50,444 nt of DNA from Cirrosporium novae-zelandiae. Its lineage: Eukaryota. A model generated the notes under the pieces. It did no database searches, was not told where the DNA came from, and worked only from the letters and a program-made list of their open reading frames with translations. This document shows positions 10,844 through 22,328 of the stretch, in pieces. Every line of letters begins with the position of its first letter. Position 1 is the stretch's first letter. The stretch is from positions 372,001 to 422,444 of the forward strand of contig JAPETS010000029.1 of assembly GCA_026023565.1 (NCBI GenBank), read 5' to 3'. The translations under genes were made by a program, and so were the position numbers.

Positions 10844-12802
10844 TCACTCTGAAAGCTGACGAGGGCTTCGGCCAGATCGGCTGGAGCGTCTACTGCCCCT
10901 CTCTGATCTTTCCTCTCTCCGTCGATCCTCAATCTCTCTAAGCTCTTGAACTCGTCCCTTGACAGACCCGTCCCTGATGGATCCATCCCCATGGTATCTC
11001 TTGCCCTCTCTGCCTCCTCCAATTACTAGCTCCATTGAATTACCTTCAGCAGAGGGCTTGATTCTAATAGTAGATCCCGAATCCCCATTAAGATCAATTG
11101 ATCCTGTAGAGGGATTGAATCTCAGTTGGAAAGTGTCACCGTCTCCTTTGGTGGTGGTGCTATTTCCGCTGGCGCTTCGTGATTTGACATCACTGCCCTT
11201 GGTGCTGCTACTTGCACGGCTTCCACTCTCACTCCCTCGTCGTTCTCTCCGACGCTGTTGTTTGAGAGTATCAAGAGCGCTGACGGTGAGCGGAGTACCT
11301 TTTGTACCCTTGGAATGTTGGTATTCTTCCACAGCGAGTTCTCGTCGCCTCTGTTCGAGGTCCTGCCGTTTTTCATGACCATAATAGCTGACTCTGCGGT
11401 TTCGGCTGCTTTCGATGGCTATCTTCGGCGAGTCCGGCACGGTGTATGAAGTCGACTTCCTGTTAGAAGTGGGATGGACGGCAAGACTTGGTCTTCGTCG
11501 TCTTGGTGGTTCGACGTCATATTCTTCCCTGCGGATCCGCTCTTGGCGGTCAGAAGAGTCGGCTCTTGTTTGAATGGCTGTAGTCGTAACATGTTGCTTC
11601 AGAGCTGGACGGCGTATTTGAATAGTTTGTGGGGGAGGCATGCGGTAGTAATCTTCATCCCGCTCTCGCTCGCCACGGTCTCGCTCTCCACGGTCCCGCT
11701 CGCCACGGTCTCGTCCCCCACGATCTCGTTCATTGCGGTCTCGTTCATTGCGGTCTCGTTCATTGCGGTCTCGTTCATTGCGGTCTCGTTCATTGCGGTC
11801 TCGTTCACCACGGTCTCGTTCACGTTGTTCGGATGGACGAGCCCGGGAGGTTGAACGCCTTGGGGGAGGAGCAGGGCGCGATTCGTATTGAATTACGGGT
11901 GGTGCACCGTACATCGATGCTCGGCGAGGATGTGGATAATCCCATTGATCCGGCTGTTGCTGTACTGCTTGATCATATGGGGTGGGGGTCTGCGGTGTTT
12001 GAGATCGTTGTTGTATAGATGGTGGAGGTGCACTGACGTATGGATAATTAGGTGGCGGATAGGGCGGAGGAGGAATGTTGGCGTAGGCGGAAGCAGACAA
12101 TGGAGGGCCATGCTCCATGCCGGGAGGGAAGAATGGCTGACATGGCATCATGTTTGGCATTACATTTCCATGAAAGCTCACCGGGCGTGGCATATGGTAG
12201 GATGCGGAAGAGGAGGCTCGAGGCCGAGGATGCGGTGTAGCCTGAATTACTTGAACCTCTTGGGAATAAGGTGGAGTGGGAAAAACTGCCGTCTGTGGTG
12301 ATGGTGTCACGGCGTATCGAGGTGGAGGCATATGATATTCAGAAGGCCTTCGTCTGCTCTGAGGTATTTTGGCCACAGGCATTTTGGCCACGGTCATACA
12401 TTCATCACAATCACATATTTCCTCCCTCATGCTTTCTCGTCTTTTGCGTTGGGTTGTCATCTTTTCGAAACTCGGTTTGGTGTTGGCACGTTGCCTGGTC
12501 TCTGATCGTCGTTGGGCCAGTGAGGGTCGTTTGGTGGTGGCATCTAAGAATTTGGTGTCGATTCTTAGAAGGGCGGATTTCAATTTGGATTTGGATTCTG
12601 GAGAGCTACTTCCAACGGTGACAGCTGTATGGCTCGAATATCCTGAATCGCTGGCACCGTCGTGCGTCCGAACTCTAACCAATTCTGGTTTTGACCGTTT
12701 TGCAGCGACGTTAGCCACTTTACGAGTTTCGGGTAGTGGGTCACCGTTTTCCTCATCCACATCCTCACAAAAAGCAGCAGAAGGCAAGCTTTTTGGGGAC
12801 AT
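10844..12802 (-). CDS. Low-complexity Pro/Arg/Ser-rich hypothetical protein, 652 aa
   Basis: 1959-nt uninterrupted ATG ORF with blocks SDSGYSS and EDYYRMPPP, a Pro-rich centre with PPxY motifs, and an internal ERDR(N/G) repeat. No catalytic domain recognised. Confidence 0.85.
   Translation of the reverse strand: MSPKSLPSAAFCEDVDEENGDPLPETRKVANVAAKRSKPELVRVRTHDGASDSGYSSHTAVTVGSSSPESKSKLKSALLRIDTKFLDATTKRPSLAQRRSETRQRANTKPSFEKMTTQRKRRESMREEICDCDECMTVAKMPVAKIPQSRRRPSEYHMPPPRYAVTPSPQTAVFPTPPYSQEVQVIQATPHPRPRASSSASYHMPRPVSFHGNVMPNMMPCQPFFPPGMEHGPPLSASAYANIPPPPYPPPNYPYVSAPPPSIQQRSQTPQTPTPYDQAVQQQPDQWDYPHPRRASMYGAPPVIQYESRPAPPPRRSTSRARPSEQRERDRGERDRNERDRNERDRNERDRNERDRNERDRGGRDRGERDRGERDRGERERDEDYYRMPPPQTIQIRRPALKQHVTTTAIQTRADSSDRQERIRREEYDVEPPRRRRPSLAVHPTSNRKSTSYTVPDSPKIAIESSRNRRVSYYGHEKRQDLEQRRRELAVEEYQHSKGTKGTPLTVSALDTLKQQRRRERRGSESGSRASSSTKGSDVKSRSASGNSTTTKGDGDTFQLRFNPSTGSIDLNGDSGSTIRIKPSAEGNSMELVIGGGREGKRYHGDGSIRDGSVKGRVQELREIEDRRREERSERGSRRSSRSGRSPRQLSE
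11660..11824. repeat. Coding minisatellite, 15-bp unit (GCGGTCTCGTTCATT on + strand), ~11 units encoding ERDR(N/G)
   Basis: Four perfect copies at 11735-11794 with degenerate copies on both sides. Confidence 0.95.
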
Positions 12803-12919
12803 AATTTTTGGAAGAAGAAGAGGAAAGGATGAAAATATTATATTTTTCTTTGATGAAGGCCCAAGATTAGGGTCGCGATGGGTAATTATGGGCCGATGTG
12901 GCGGGTCTTTTTGGGGGGC

Positions 12920-12957
12920 TTCTGGCTTTCTGGCTTTCTGGCTTTCTGGCTTTCTGG
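12920..12957. repeat. Tandem 8-mer (TTCTGGCT)x4.75 upstream of the 652-aa gene
   Basis: Read directly. It lies ~120 nt 5' of the ATG at 12802 (minus strand), so probably in the 5' UTR. Confidence 0.85.
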
Positions 12958-15502
12958 GGTGGGTAAGGAAGTCGCAATGACTTTAGGCGACGATGGGCAG
13001 TATTGGATGAATAGGATTATCGATAAGCGTATTCAGACCTCTCCCGGGCGGCTGGAAGAAACATTGATTGTTTGAGATCATTATTTTCGAGAATATAGGA
13101 GTTGGCGCATTGATTTGGTGGGTAATTTCTCGAGCAATATTCAGAACTTTTCCAGGAACTGGTTTGGTTGATAGATGGGATTTGATGGATTGGTGGGGAG
13201 GGGGGGTGTGTGGGAGGGGGGGGAGTTTTGCACGAATAGAGGAAAACGACTAAGGTGAGAGAAGGATAATAGTCAGGTTTGATCGGCGAAGAAATTTTTT
13301 TTTTTTTTTGGGAACGAGGAATTTCCGAAAAATTTCTGGCTGGATGAGAGAGAGTCAGAAGCGAAAGTGAAAGCAAAACAAAAAAAAGCGAGGCGTGCGA
13401 GAGAAGACGAGGGACGAGGGTTTACGAGGATTTTCGATGGCGGCGACAGTGGGTTTGGTTGGGTATTGAAGGGGTATTGTAATACTTTTCTAGAATAGAC
13501 TTGTAGTACGTTAGTAGTCGTAGGCAACGGTGAAGGAGGAACCTTGGAACCTTGGAAAGCTTGGAACAAGAAAGAAAGAAAAGAAAGAGTGGGCGATTGT
13601 TGTGTGAGTGTGTGAGTACCTCTGTGTGTGTGAGTGTGTATGAGTATCTGATACGGAATGAGTGTATGAGACACGGAGAGTAGGGTGTCTGTGTGAGAGT
13701 AAGGATGACTCCTTGATGCATCTCTCTTTTCTCTCTTTTGGAGTTCTGGGGTCTCTCTTTCTCCCTTGTCCCCCCCAAAAAAAGCCCCATAACAAGTTAA
13801 CTGAAAGTTAACTGACACTTAATTACCAAATAAGCCATACAAGCCGTACAGCCCGTACCCAGGGACCTAGACAGTACCTAACTTGTCTCCACTTTCTTTG
13901 TCCTTTCAACATATTTTCAATGGTAAGCTAGATGGCAATAATGCACATCATGCGCTTAGAAGCCGATTCGCGTTTCTGGGGATACCATACCATTTGATTC
14001 TGATAATTCATCATTTCTTTTGTTTCCGAAAAAAAACAATAAAAAAAGAAATAATAAAAAAAGTCTTAAACTTGTTGCCTATGGCTATGTCTCCTCCATG
14101 TTGGTGTTGCTACAAATCAATGGTTCTTTCTTGCTCACTATTTCCCCCCCCCCCCCTTATTTACCTTACTATTGATTTATTAACTGATGATGATGAATAC
14201 CTTTTAGTTTTCCCTTCGCCCACCAATGCTTTTGTTTCATCAACTCAGCTGTCTCCGTCCTGCTCCGATGTTCGATTAACAATATACTTGACCATCTTAT
14301 TTTTCCCTTTTTCCCTGAATTCTTATTTTACAAATCTCCAATTATGCGAGCCAAGGATGGCAATCCGGCTCATAGTGGTGTCCTCCTAACAGCGAGTCAG
14401 CCAGTATTCGACTGTATTCCATCATGGTTGTAATAGAGATGATTCCAAGCGAAGGGTGCCTAGTCGAACAATTGAAAAAGAGTGTGGTTGGCATGACTGG
14501 TGACAGGCTGCCCAAAATGCCCCCAAGGACCATTGCTGCCCAATGGCCACTGGAAACTTCTGCAACCACATCATTCCCCTCCTCTTTTTCCATACACAAG
14601 CCGATATCTTCCAGCAATTTGCATAACAGAATCCATCAGACCTGGGCCATTAGAGTCATCAGAATTACCATTTTCCTTTTTTTGAATCCGATAGACCCTA
14701 CCCATCATGTCGTTCTTAATAACCTTTCCTTGCAGTTTCGGCATCAGGATCGGTCCGCAAGTTTGATCTTAATTCTCTAGTGTAAATTGACGTTGAAAAA
14801 AAAAGTACCAGTTCCTCTCACTCTTGGCTTTTACCCCACTAGAGATACCGGATAACACAAGACAACCTTTTTGACTCCGTCATCGTATGGTCTAAGCTTG
14901 ATAAGCCATTCGCCTTTATGGTCATAATTTTGGATCATACTCTTGATAATATACATATATGTTACATTTGAGCCTCATGGGCTCAATCCAGGCCCACATC
15001 GTTCATCACACGGCCGGAATCACCCCCTCATCTCCCGTCTGCACACACTTTTCTTAGTTCATCTTCCATGAACACCCCGCCAACTAGGCCACATGCATTA
15101 ACATGACATCCCACTATCTTTTTCTAATAGGCCCATAGACGCGGCTCCAGTTCTTTTCACATGGACTAAATTCTGCTTTCGTCACCGTTGACGTCCATCC
15201 CAATTGTGGATAGCGCACATTGTCACCAGAGTCCCTCCGGAGTTCTTCAGAACCCCTGAAAATTGACAAAGCCAAAGCATGGTTTCTCAACATGATTAAG
15301 CTCCCGCAATACTTTGAGTGAGGGATCATCGTTCGCAGAAGCAGAACGATCACGTTTCATCCATCGATAGATTAGAACCTTGAGCAGTGAAAAAGTGTAG
15401 AAATTTCATAGAACTCATATCAACGTTTTTTCCATCATTCATCCGTCTTGAAGAATGTGTTCGGTTAGTTTGACATCGTCTCTCGAATACTTAATACGAT
15501 GA

Positions 15503-16747
15503 TCACTCCATTTCCGTCTCCTTCTGACGTGACCAAAATGGCTTCTGACGATGGTAACCAATATCTCCACCGACCCACTCTATATGAAGTTCATTCTCAA
15601 TTTGTCTGAGAAGATTCCCCATTCGGCGTCCCATGGCATTCTTCGTATTTTCATCCCAGACGGTGATATACTGCGACCCTTGGTCAAGAAGCTCGTCTCG
15701 AAGGTCGGGAGGGAATGTTCGAAACACATCCATGTTTATCTCCTTAAGCTTTTCCAATATCGTCCACGCTAACTTGGGCTGCCCATTTTTTAAAAGGAGC
15801 ATGACGCAAATTCCGCTATACATTTGGAAATCAACTTCATGCGAAGACAATGTAGTAGAATCGAGCATTTCCATACTCGCAAATTCTGCTTTCCATCGAC
15901 TATAGATGGCGCTGTTTGCGTTCAATTTACCAAGTAAAGTTGTGAAATATCTCTGACAAAGCCAAAATAGCTTGGATCTGGGCATATGTTCAAGGTGCTC
16001 TTCAAGGCACGCAGTTCGAGATTCCTCCGAAGAAGGGAGACCATCACAGTACCACCCAGTCGCTGCTCTAAGAAAAGCCTGCTCTTCAGGTTTATTGATA
16101 TTTTCAACATTTTTGTTTAACTTGCGCAGGATGGATATAAATTCCTTTGCACTAAGACGATATCGATTTCGACGTAAATAACCTAGCAGATAATCGGTTG
16201 GTACGGTATCGCTTCTAGAAGCGCAAGCTCGTTCTAAGGCGAAGACTAATAAATCACGATGCGGTTCGACCTTGAACTTGCGAAGGCGAGCGAATACAAC
16301 TCCAAAGGCCAAAACCGGGAAGTTGCTTCCCATAGCCAATATGAAACCTTGAGGATCTTTTAGACTTCTTTGTGCATCATGAGCAGATCGAACTATGTTA
16401 TAGGCGGTGCGAGGTTTTGTTCCTAGCTTGAGAGCCTTGCTAATCAACCTAGGATTCCAATCGACCTGTGAGATTTTCTTGGATTTCGGTTGGTAATTAT
16501 GATCCCGGTTTGCAGGCCGCGAAGAATCGGGCTTGAATTTGCCATTGCTCAAGGGCCTAGCAGTAGATGTCAATTCGGTCTTAGTAGTAGTAGCAGTGGT
16601 AGTCACGGACCGACTGGTAGGAAGGGTAATCTTTTGGGAACGAGTGAAAGTTGTTAAGGGTAATAGATTGAGCGGGGTTATATTGTAAGAGCGCTGGTAG
16701 GCACACTTATTCGAATAGAACTTCCACATTAATGAGGTTGGAGGCAT
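15503..16747 (-). CDS. Hypothetical protein, 414 aa, probably mitochondrial and alpha-helical
   Basis: 1245-nt ATG ORF. The first ~57 aa are rich in R/K/S/T with no acidic residues, like a presequence. The rest looks helical (e.g. YSGICVMLLLKNGQPKLAWTILEKLKE, reminiscent of a PPR/TPR-like helix pair). Confidence 0.8.
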   Translation of the reverse strand: MPPTSLMWKFYSNKCAYQRSYNITPLNLLPLTTFTRSQKITLPTSRSVTTTATTTKTELTSTARPLSNGKFKPDSSRPANRDHNYQPKSKKISQVDWNPRLISKALKLGTKPRTAYNIVRSAHDAQRSLKDPQGFILAMGSNFPVLAFGVVFARLRKFKVEPHRDLLVFALERACASRSDTVPTDYLLGYLRRNRYRLSAKEFISILRKLNKNVENINKPEEQAFLRAATGWYCDGLPSSEESRTACLEEHLEHMPRSKLFWLCQRYFTTLLGKLNANSAIYSRWKAEFASMEMLDSTTLSSHEVDFQMYSGICVMLLLKNGQPKLAWTILEKLKEINMDVFRTFPPDLRDELLDQGSQYITVWDENTKNAMGRRMGNLLRQIENELHIEWVGGDIGYHRQKPFWSRQKETEME

Positions 16748-16935
16748 CCGCAGGGATTGAATGAGAGAAGGTCCAAGGACTAGTTAATGAACGATTTGGA
16801 GGTTTCAAACGTAAGATGCATATTAGTGTAAGAAAAGAAATAATTGAAGCTTTAAATATATGATCTTCAACTTGGCAATCCTAAAAGCTCTCTGGAATTC
16901 CCAGGTATTTTTTTTGAGTTGGGATATTAAGTTCT

Positions 16936-16945
16936 GTCACGTGAT
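16936..16945. promoter_or_regulatory. GTCACGTGAT E-box (RTCACGTG, Cbf1-type bHLH site) in a 359-bp divergent promoter
   Basis: Motif sits mid-way between the ATGs at 16747 (-) and 17107 (+). Function is inferred only. Confidence 0.35.
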
Positions 16946-17106
16946 GAATATCCGCTTGAAACACCGCATTCTTCTCTTCTCTGGGTACTTACATCACAAT
17001 TCACCTCCTCAACTTTAAAAAAAAACAATTTAGACTGAGACGCAACATTACCTTGAAGAATAATAAATTTTAGTCATCTTCAACAATCTTTAATAAAGTC
17101 CTCAAA

Positions 17107-18139
17107 ATGCCCCCAATAGCAAAAAAGCGCAAGACCGCTCTTTTAAAGGACGACTCTTCGATGCCGGAAGAAGCAAACATACCCTCCCCAGATAATAAAC
17201 ATAATCAAGTCGACTTGCCAGCAAAAGAAAGGCCTGATGATGCAGAAGATTCGCAACAGTCGAGTTCTATGAAGCTAGCCGATGCCGCTGCTAAAGCACG
17301 CGAGAGACAAGCTAGGTTCAAGGCATTACAAGGACGAGCAGTATGTCCAACTTTTATCTTTCATGTTTATTAGTAGCAAATATTAATACGCTTTAGAAAT
17401 TTTCTGCCGATTCCAATCGTCGAGAAGCCGCGGCTGAAGAGCGACGTCTTGCGACTGATCCAAATCTGCTCTCATCACTAGCCCGAAAACAAGCTATTGC
17501 GTCCCATAAACTTCTAAAGGCTGACACCGCTGATGCTGGTGAAGATTTTGAACGGAAGAGGGCCTGGGATTGGACTATCGAGGAATCAGAAAAATGGGAC
17601 AAGAGGCTTGAGAAGAAGGACCGACATCGTCAAGAAGTTGCATTCCAAGACTACAGGCAGGAAGCTGGAAAAGTATATAAGCGGCAGCTTCGAGGCATGA
17701 AGACAGACCTTGAAGGCTACGAGAAAGAAAAACTGGCAGCGCTGGAGAAAGCTGCAGCTGAAGGGGGCTTGGAAATAGTGGAAACCGAAAACGGCGAGCT
17801 AGTCGCGATTGATAACGAGGGAACTTTCTACTCAACAGCGGACAACACATCTTTCGTGGAAAACAAACCAGACCGGGCAGCTGTCGATAGGCTCGTTGCG
17901 GACCTCAAGAAGGCAGATGAGATACGAATGAAGAAGAGGAGAGAAAGAGGCAGAGGAGATGATGAGGGTGATGTTACATACATCAATGAGAAGAATAAGC
18001 AGTTTAACCAGAAGCTGGCACGTTTTTACAACAAGGTTTGTCACCACACTGATGGTCCTATTTATGAGGATTTACTAATATTATCAAATAGTATACTGCG
18101 GAAATCCGCGACAGTTTCGAGAGAGGGACAATGATATGA
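17107..18139 (+). CDS. SYF2: Pre-mRNA splicing factor Syf2 (NineTeen complex), 306 aa; exons 17107-17340, 17397-18035, 18092-18139
   Basis: Introns 17341-17396 (GTATGT..TAG) and 18036-18091 (GTTTGT..CTAAT..TAG) give a continuous frame. It contains GEDFERKRAWDWTIEESEKWD and the Syf2 C-terminal signature [35 protein letters not shown]. Confidence 0.95.
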
Positions 18140-18588
18140 TACTGCAACCTATAGGAATAATTGAGGATTTCTACTACTCAACCTTGTGTACATTACAATT
18201 AAACCACTATTGATACCCACTAATTAATTACGCCGTCACTATTCCAATACGAGCCACAAGGTCACTAATATTGTGATTAGAGTGACATATTAAGTGGTTG
18301 GAGGAAAGAGCCAGCTGTTATGTCTTTCTATTTTCTCTAATGGCGGGGTTGTTACTGGTGGGCCGGTTCTTGAGGCATTAATCGCCTAGACCTTAAAGGG
18401 TGTTCTACGCCTTATGTGAATACTAGTTCTTGCATCTTGATCTCTTTGAAGTAATTTCTCTCTAAGCTGGTCACCACTGGCAGCTCTAGCTTGTCTTTTG
18501 CTTTTGACCTTCCATGATTTTGGTAAAATACAATTCTCAGTTTTGTAGCACCTGGGAACGCTGCCCTTCTCCATCGACTGTTTGATGA

Positions 18589-19630
18589 TTACAGCATTTC
18601 CCTCCTCCAGGCTTTTTGCGCCAACTCTTGAATCTGTTCTGTCGTGATTATTCCCTTGATTTTTTCATCGTCAATGGCTTCTACGACTGCTTCTGCCACA
18701 TCGTCTACTTTTTGTGGTTTCTCCACCGCGGCCCCGAATAATGGGGACAATCTTCCCCCCAGCATTGAATTTATCATTGATCCAGCACGACCTGCAGCCG
18801 CTATTGGCAGTGTAAATTTCCTAGCGGAATCGAATAAAAAACCGGGGCGGATAAAAAGACTGCGCATTTTTGGGAAGCTAGAGGAGATTGCAGCTTCCGC
18901 CTGTCGCTTTGTGGATATGTATCTTTGGGGGAGCATGGGGGCACCAGCTGCTGCGGAGATGTAGACGAAGGATGGAGTATTCTGAAGGGAGGCTTCTTTG
19001 GCGAGCGTGATAGCTGTAGCAGTACCAAAAAAAAGGCCATTAGCTAGCTATATGCCCAAAATTTTCAAGCAAAAAAAGGTTCCACATACCCGAATCCCTA
19101 TTCATCAATTCATATGTAATCTGTTCATCCTTTTCCCCAGACTTTAATTCCTCACCCTCATCCTTCTCTAGCGGATTGTGGGTACCTCCTTCTTTCTTCG
19201 CACTAAAAGCCCTACTCAGCCCACTCACAATACTCTCGCGCCCCTGTATTACACCCTTGTAATCCGCCTCGAGTAATATTCCCATGGAATGTACGACAGC
19301 ATCGGCATCCTTGAGGAAGGGGCGGTAGGTGAGAGGCTTTAGGATATCGGCTTTTTGCCAGGACACGGATTTGGACCAGGCGGGAGCGTAGGGGGAGGAG
19401 GTCACGGCCGACCAGATTGGTTCGCCGGAACGGCTAATCGAAACGACGTCCCAGCCTCTTGCGATAGCAAATTTACATATTCTAGATCCTGTGTGGAAGG
19501 GATTTTTGCGGATTAGGAGGCGATTTCATGACAATAATTATTGAAATAGATTGAATTAGTAGTAGTGTTTCATACCAAGGAAGCCATTCCCACCACAGAC
19601 AACAATTCTTTTTTTTACCACGTTAGACAT
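18589..19630 (-). CDS. COQ11: NAD(P)-binding atypical SDR/epimerase, Coq11/NDUFA9-like, 292 aa; exons 19630-19576, 19488-19090, 19013-18589
   Basis: Spliced protein begins MSNVVKKRIVVCGGNGFLGSRICKFAIARGWDVVSISRSG (Rossmann GxxGxxG). It has AVVHSMGILLE, YELMNRDSA, FVYISA, YISTKRQAE (YxxxK) and IRPGFLFD. Introns 19489-19575 and 19014-19089 are GT-AG. Orthology to yeast COQ11 is from recalled similarity. Confidence 0.85.
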
Positions 19631-19875
19631 CTTTGTTTAAAGATGGGTGTTGGGGTGAGGGGGAATTCTTCATTTTCATTCCTGAGTGTTGACATCAGAG
19701 CTCCTGCCGCCCAAGCTTTTGGAGCTTGGACCACTCGCGTGTCCCTTGCTCCGATCTCCGTGGATGCAGGACTTTGGGAACTTTCTACGAATAGGGAAAT
19801 ATTGAAGGTCGTGGGTACACAATATACTCACCCTCTACAATCACCCGATTATCCCCCCATTTACACCCTGCAAAA

Positions 19876-21049
19876 ATGTCACATAGCAAGCGCAACACCT
19901 CCCTCGCTTTCTTCACCACCCACGAGCGTTCCCTTCTTAAAACCCACTGGGGAACGCAATCCTCCTTCCTCAACTCGACCTCGTTCCTATCCCTCCAATC
20001 CTGTCGCTTATGTCTCCTTCCCGCTCGCAGTCCAGTGCTCTGCGAAGAAGGGGATATATTCTGTAGGGAATGCGCGGTAGAAAATCTCGTGGCGCAGAGG
20101 AAGGAGATAGGACGACTGGAGCGGGACGGCGAGAGAGCTTTAAAAGAGGGGAAAGAAGAAGAGGGGAGACGGGAGGAGGAAAGGAAGGCAAGGGAGCTGG
20201 AGGCATTTGAGAAAGGAGAGAGGGGTGTTGGGGATACGAGGAATGATAGTAATGGTAGGCAGGGGAGGAAAAGGAAATCGATTGACCATGGTGAAGACTC
20301 CATTGCAAATAAAAGCCAGAAACTAGATAGCGATGAAAAGGTATGGAATCTTCACTCTCACAAAACTATTCCTCCTATGTAATCAACTAACTAACTTAAC
20401 TACCACAACGCAGTCCACACCATCCCTCCCCTCCTTCTGGATCCCCTCCCTAACCCCAAGCACCACCACCGGCCCCGCTAAACCCGCTAAACTCCACCCC
20501 ATCTGTCCCTCCTCCTCGCGCTCATCCCCGCACCCCATCTCCCTCAAGTCCCTCACCCCCCTCCATTTTAGCACCCCCACCACCGCCCCCTCAAGCCAAA
20601 ATGAAGACGCTTCAACCAATATAGCCAAAGATGAGACCGCAAATAGGAACGAGAAAACATACATCTGTCCTATCTGCAACAAACCACTAACCAACACCTT
20701 CGGCGCCACCGCCGCCATCCCATGCGGCCACGTCTTCTGCAAACCCTGCACGGCCCAATTCATACGCTCGTCTTCCCCTCCCCCACCAGGAGGAGACCAG
20801 CAATCCACCACTTCTTCTTCTTCTCCTTCCTCCCTGCGCTGCTTCGTATGTGACGAGAGTCTCGCTCCGCTAGCTACCGACTCTACGAAGCAGATAGCGG
20901 ATGAGAAGGAAGGGCAGAAGAAAAAGAAGAAGAAGGGGGAAAAGAAGGAGAGGAAGAGGGGATTGGTGGAGTTGAGGAGCGAGGGGACGGGGTTCGCGGG
21001 GAAGGGAGGAAATAGGGTTGTTAAGGAGGGTGTGGCGTTTCAGTGTTGA
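19876..21049 (+). CDS. NOSIP: NOSIP-family RING/U-box protein, 366 aa; exons 19876-20340, 20414-21049
   Basis: N-terminus MSHSKRNTSLAFFTTHER, degenerate RING CRLCLLPARSPVLCEEGDIFCREC, coiled coil, LPSFWIPSLTP, C-terminal RING CPIC..PCGHVFCKPC..CFVC and a terminal EGTGFAG motif. This is the NOSIP architecture. Intron 20341-20413 reads GTATGG..CTAAC..CAG. Confidence 0.9.
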
Positions 21050-22328
21050 TAATGTGCGTGCGTAGCTAGGGGGATGTGGTTTTCAGAAAGGGTAATTGAG
21101 GATGGATATATCTATGACTATTGGTGAGATGGTATTGGGATCAAAGGCTCTGGATGGAGGGTTTGAAAATGGAGAATATAAACATAGCCTGCTATAGCTG
21201 TGTATAATTAAAAATATCTACCAAACAAAACGCGCGTATTTCTTGTACGTGATTGACGCTATACTATCATCTAAACGCAAGCATGAACACACAGGCTCAA
21301 GGGCCAACAACCATCAAAGACGTCGCCACTACACATCTAAGGATTCGCCAGATTTGCAAGGTTTGCAATATAGTTTGAACTAACTAATATGGTGTATATA
21401 TATGTATAAAGACTAGACTAAAATAGACGCTCAGTTTCATGTACAAGTCCCAGGAAGTCCCTCCCTGAATAGGACATCCCTTTCAATCCCAAATCGTATC
21501 CCTGTTACCATTCAAAAACCGGGTTCATTCCATCCGCATAGATTCTTCGGCGCCAGGTAATAAACGCCGATACAGATATGGCATGATATGGAAGGAATTG
21601 AACAATACTAAATATGGAGACGAGAATTAAAAGTGGGAAGACAGGGTGAAGATGCAGGTATGTAGTGTGGTGGAGATGTTGCGTTATAATATTGTGTTAC
21701 GTGTGTGTGCTGTGTGTTCGTGATATAGGAATTTGAACAGATAGACCCATTCTCAAGAAAATAGTTGCATGACCAATCCTAAGCCTCCCATAAACCCGAA
21801 TGAAAACCCGAAAACCCGCGGGGTAAAAAAAATTCAAATCCTTCGTGTTTCTTATGTTGACGCCGATGAAAATGATGAAATGCAGGATCCCTGGGAAACG
21901 CCAACGGCTATGCTAATGCAGGCTTAAACGGAAAAAATATATATGCAGATGAGATCCGAGAAGTGTGTTAATAATAGTACTGGTGAGCTAGATAAATATC
22001 TCTGCTTCCAGATGATAGTCTTGATATGTGGAGCCGAGGAAGAATTTTTCAATCCTTTCTCCCAGCAACCAGATAATTATTCGGATGCGAGATGCATGCA
22101 AGTAATAATGAAAATCCCACACCCCGGTCTTAGTTTAAATCTCGGTAAACGCCGATAGTCATGCAGAGGCCGATGAAAAGGAATTCGAGTATGAGAGTGG
22201 GGGGGAGGAGGCGTGATGGCATGATGTTGTTGATAATCAGAATGTGGAGGTCCATATCTGATCTTAAGATGTTGATGTTGCTTCTGTGCTCATATCTTAT
22301 ATTCCCCTTTATGGTAGGCTTAGCCCAC

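Noticed and set aside
11474..12018. Repetitive alternative-frame ORFs (SFIAV, NETAM, HCGLV repeats) and CRISPR-like periodicity
   Set aside because: These are shadow translations of the 15-bp minisatellite. There are no spacers, and the context is eukaryotic.
13017..14780. Several 90-180 aa ORFs upstream of the 652-aa gene
   Set aside because: They derive from low-complexity promoter/UTR sequence, often with non-ATG starts, and show no domain signal.
19565..20303. 171-aa (+) and 172-aa (-) ORFs overlapping the COQ11-like/NOSIP starts
   Set aside because: Alternative-frame or antisense shadows of well-supported genes.
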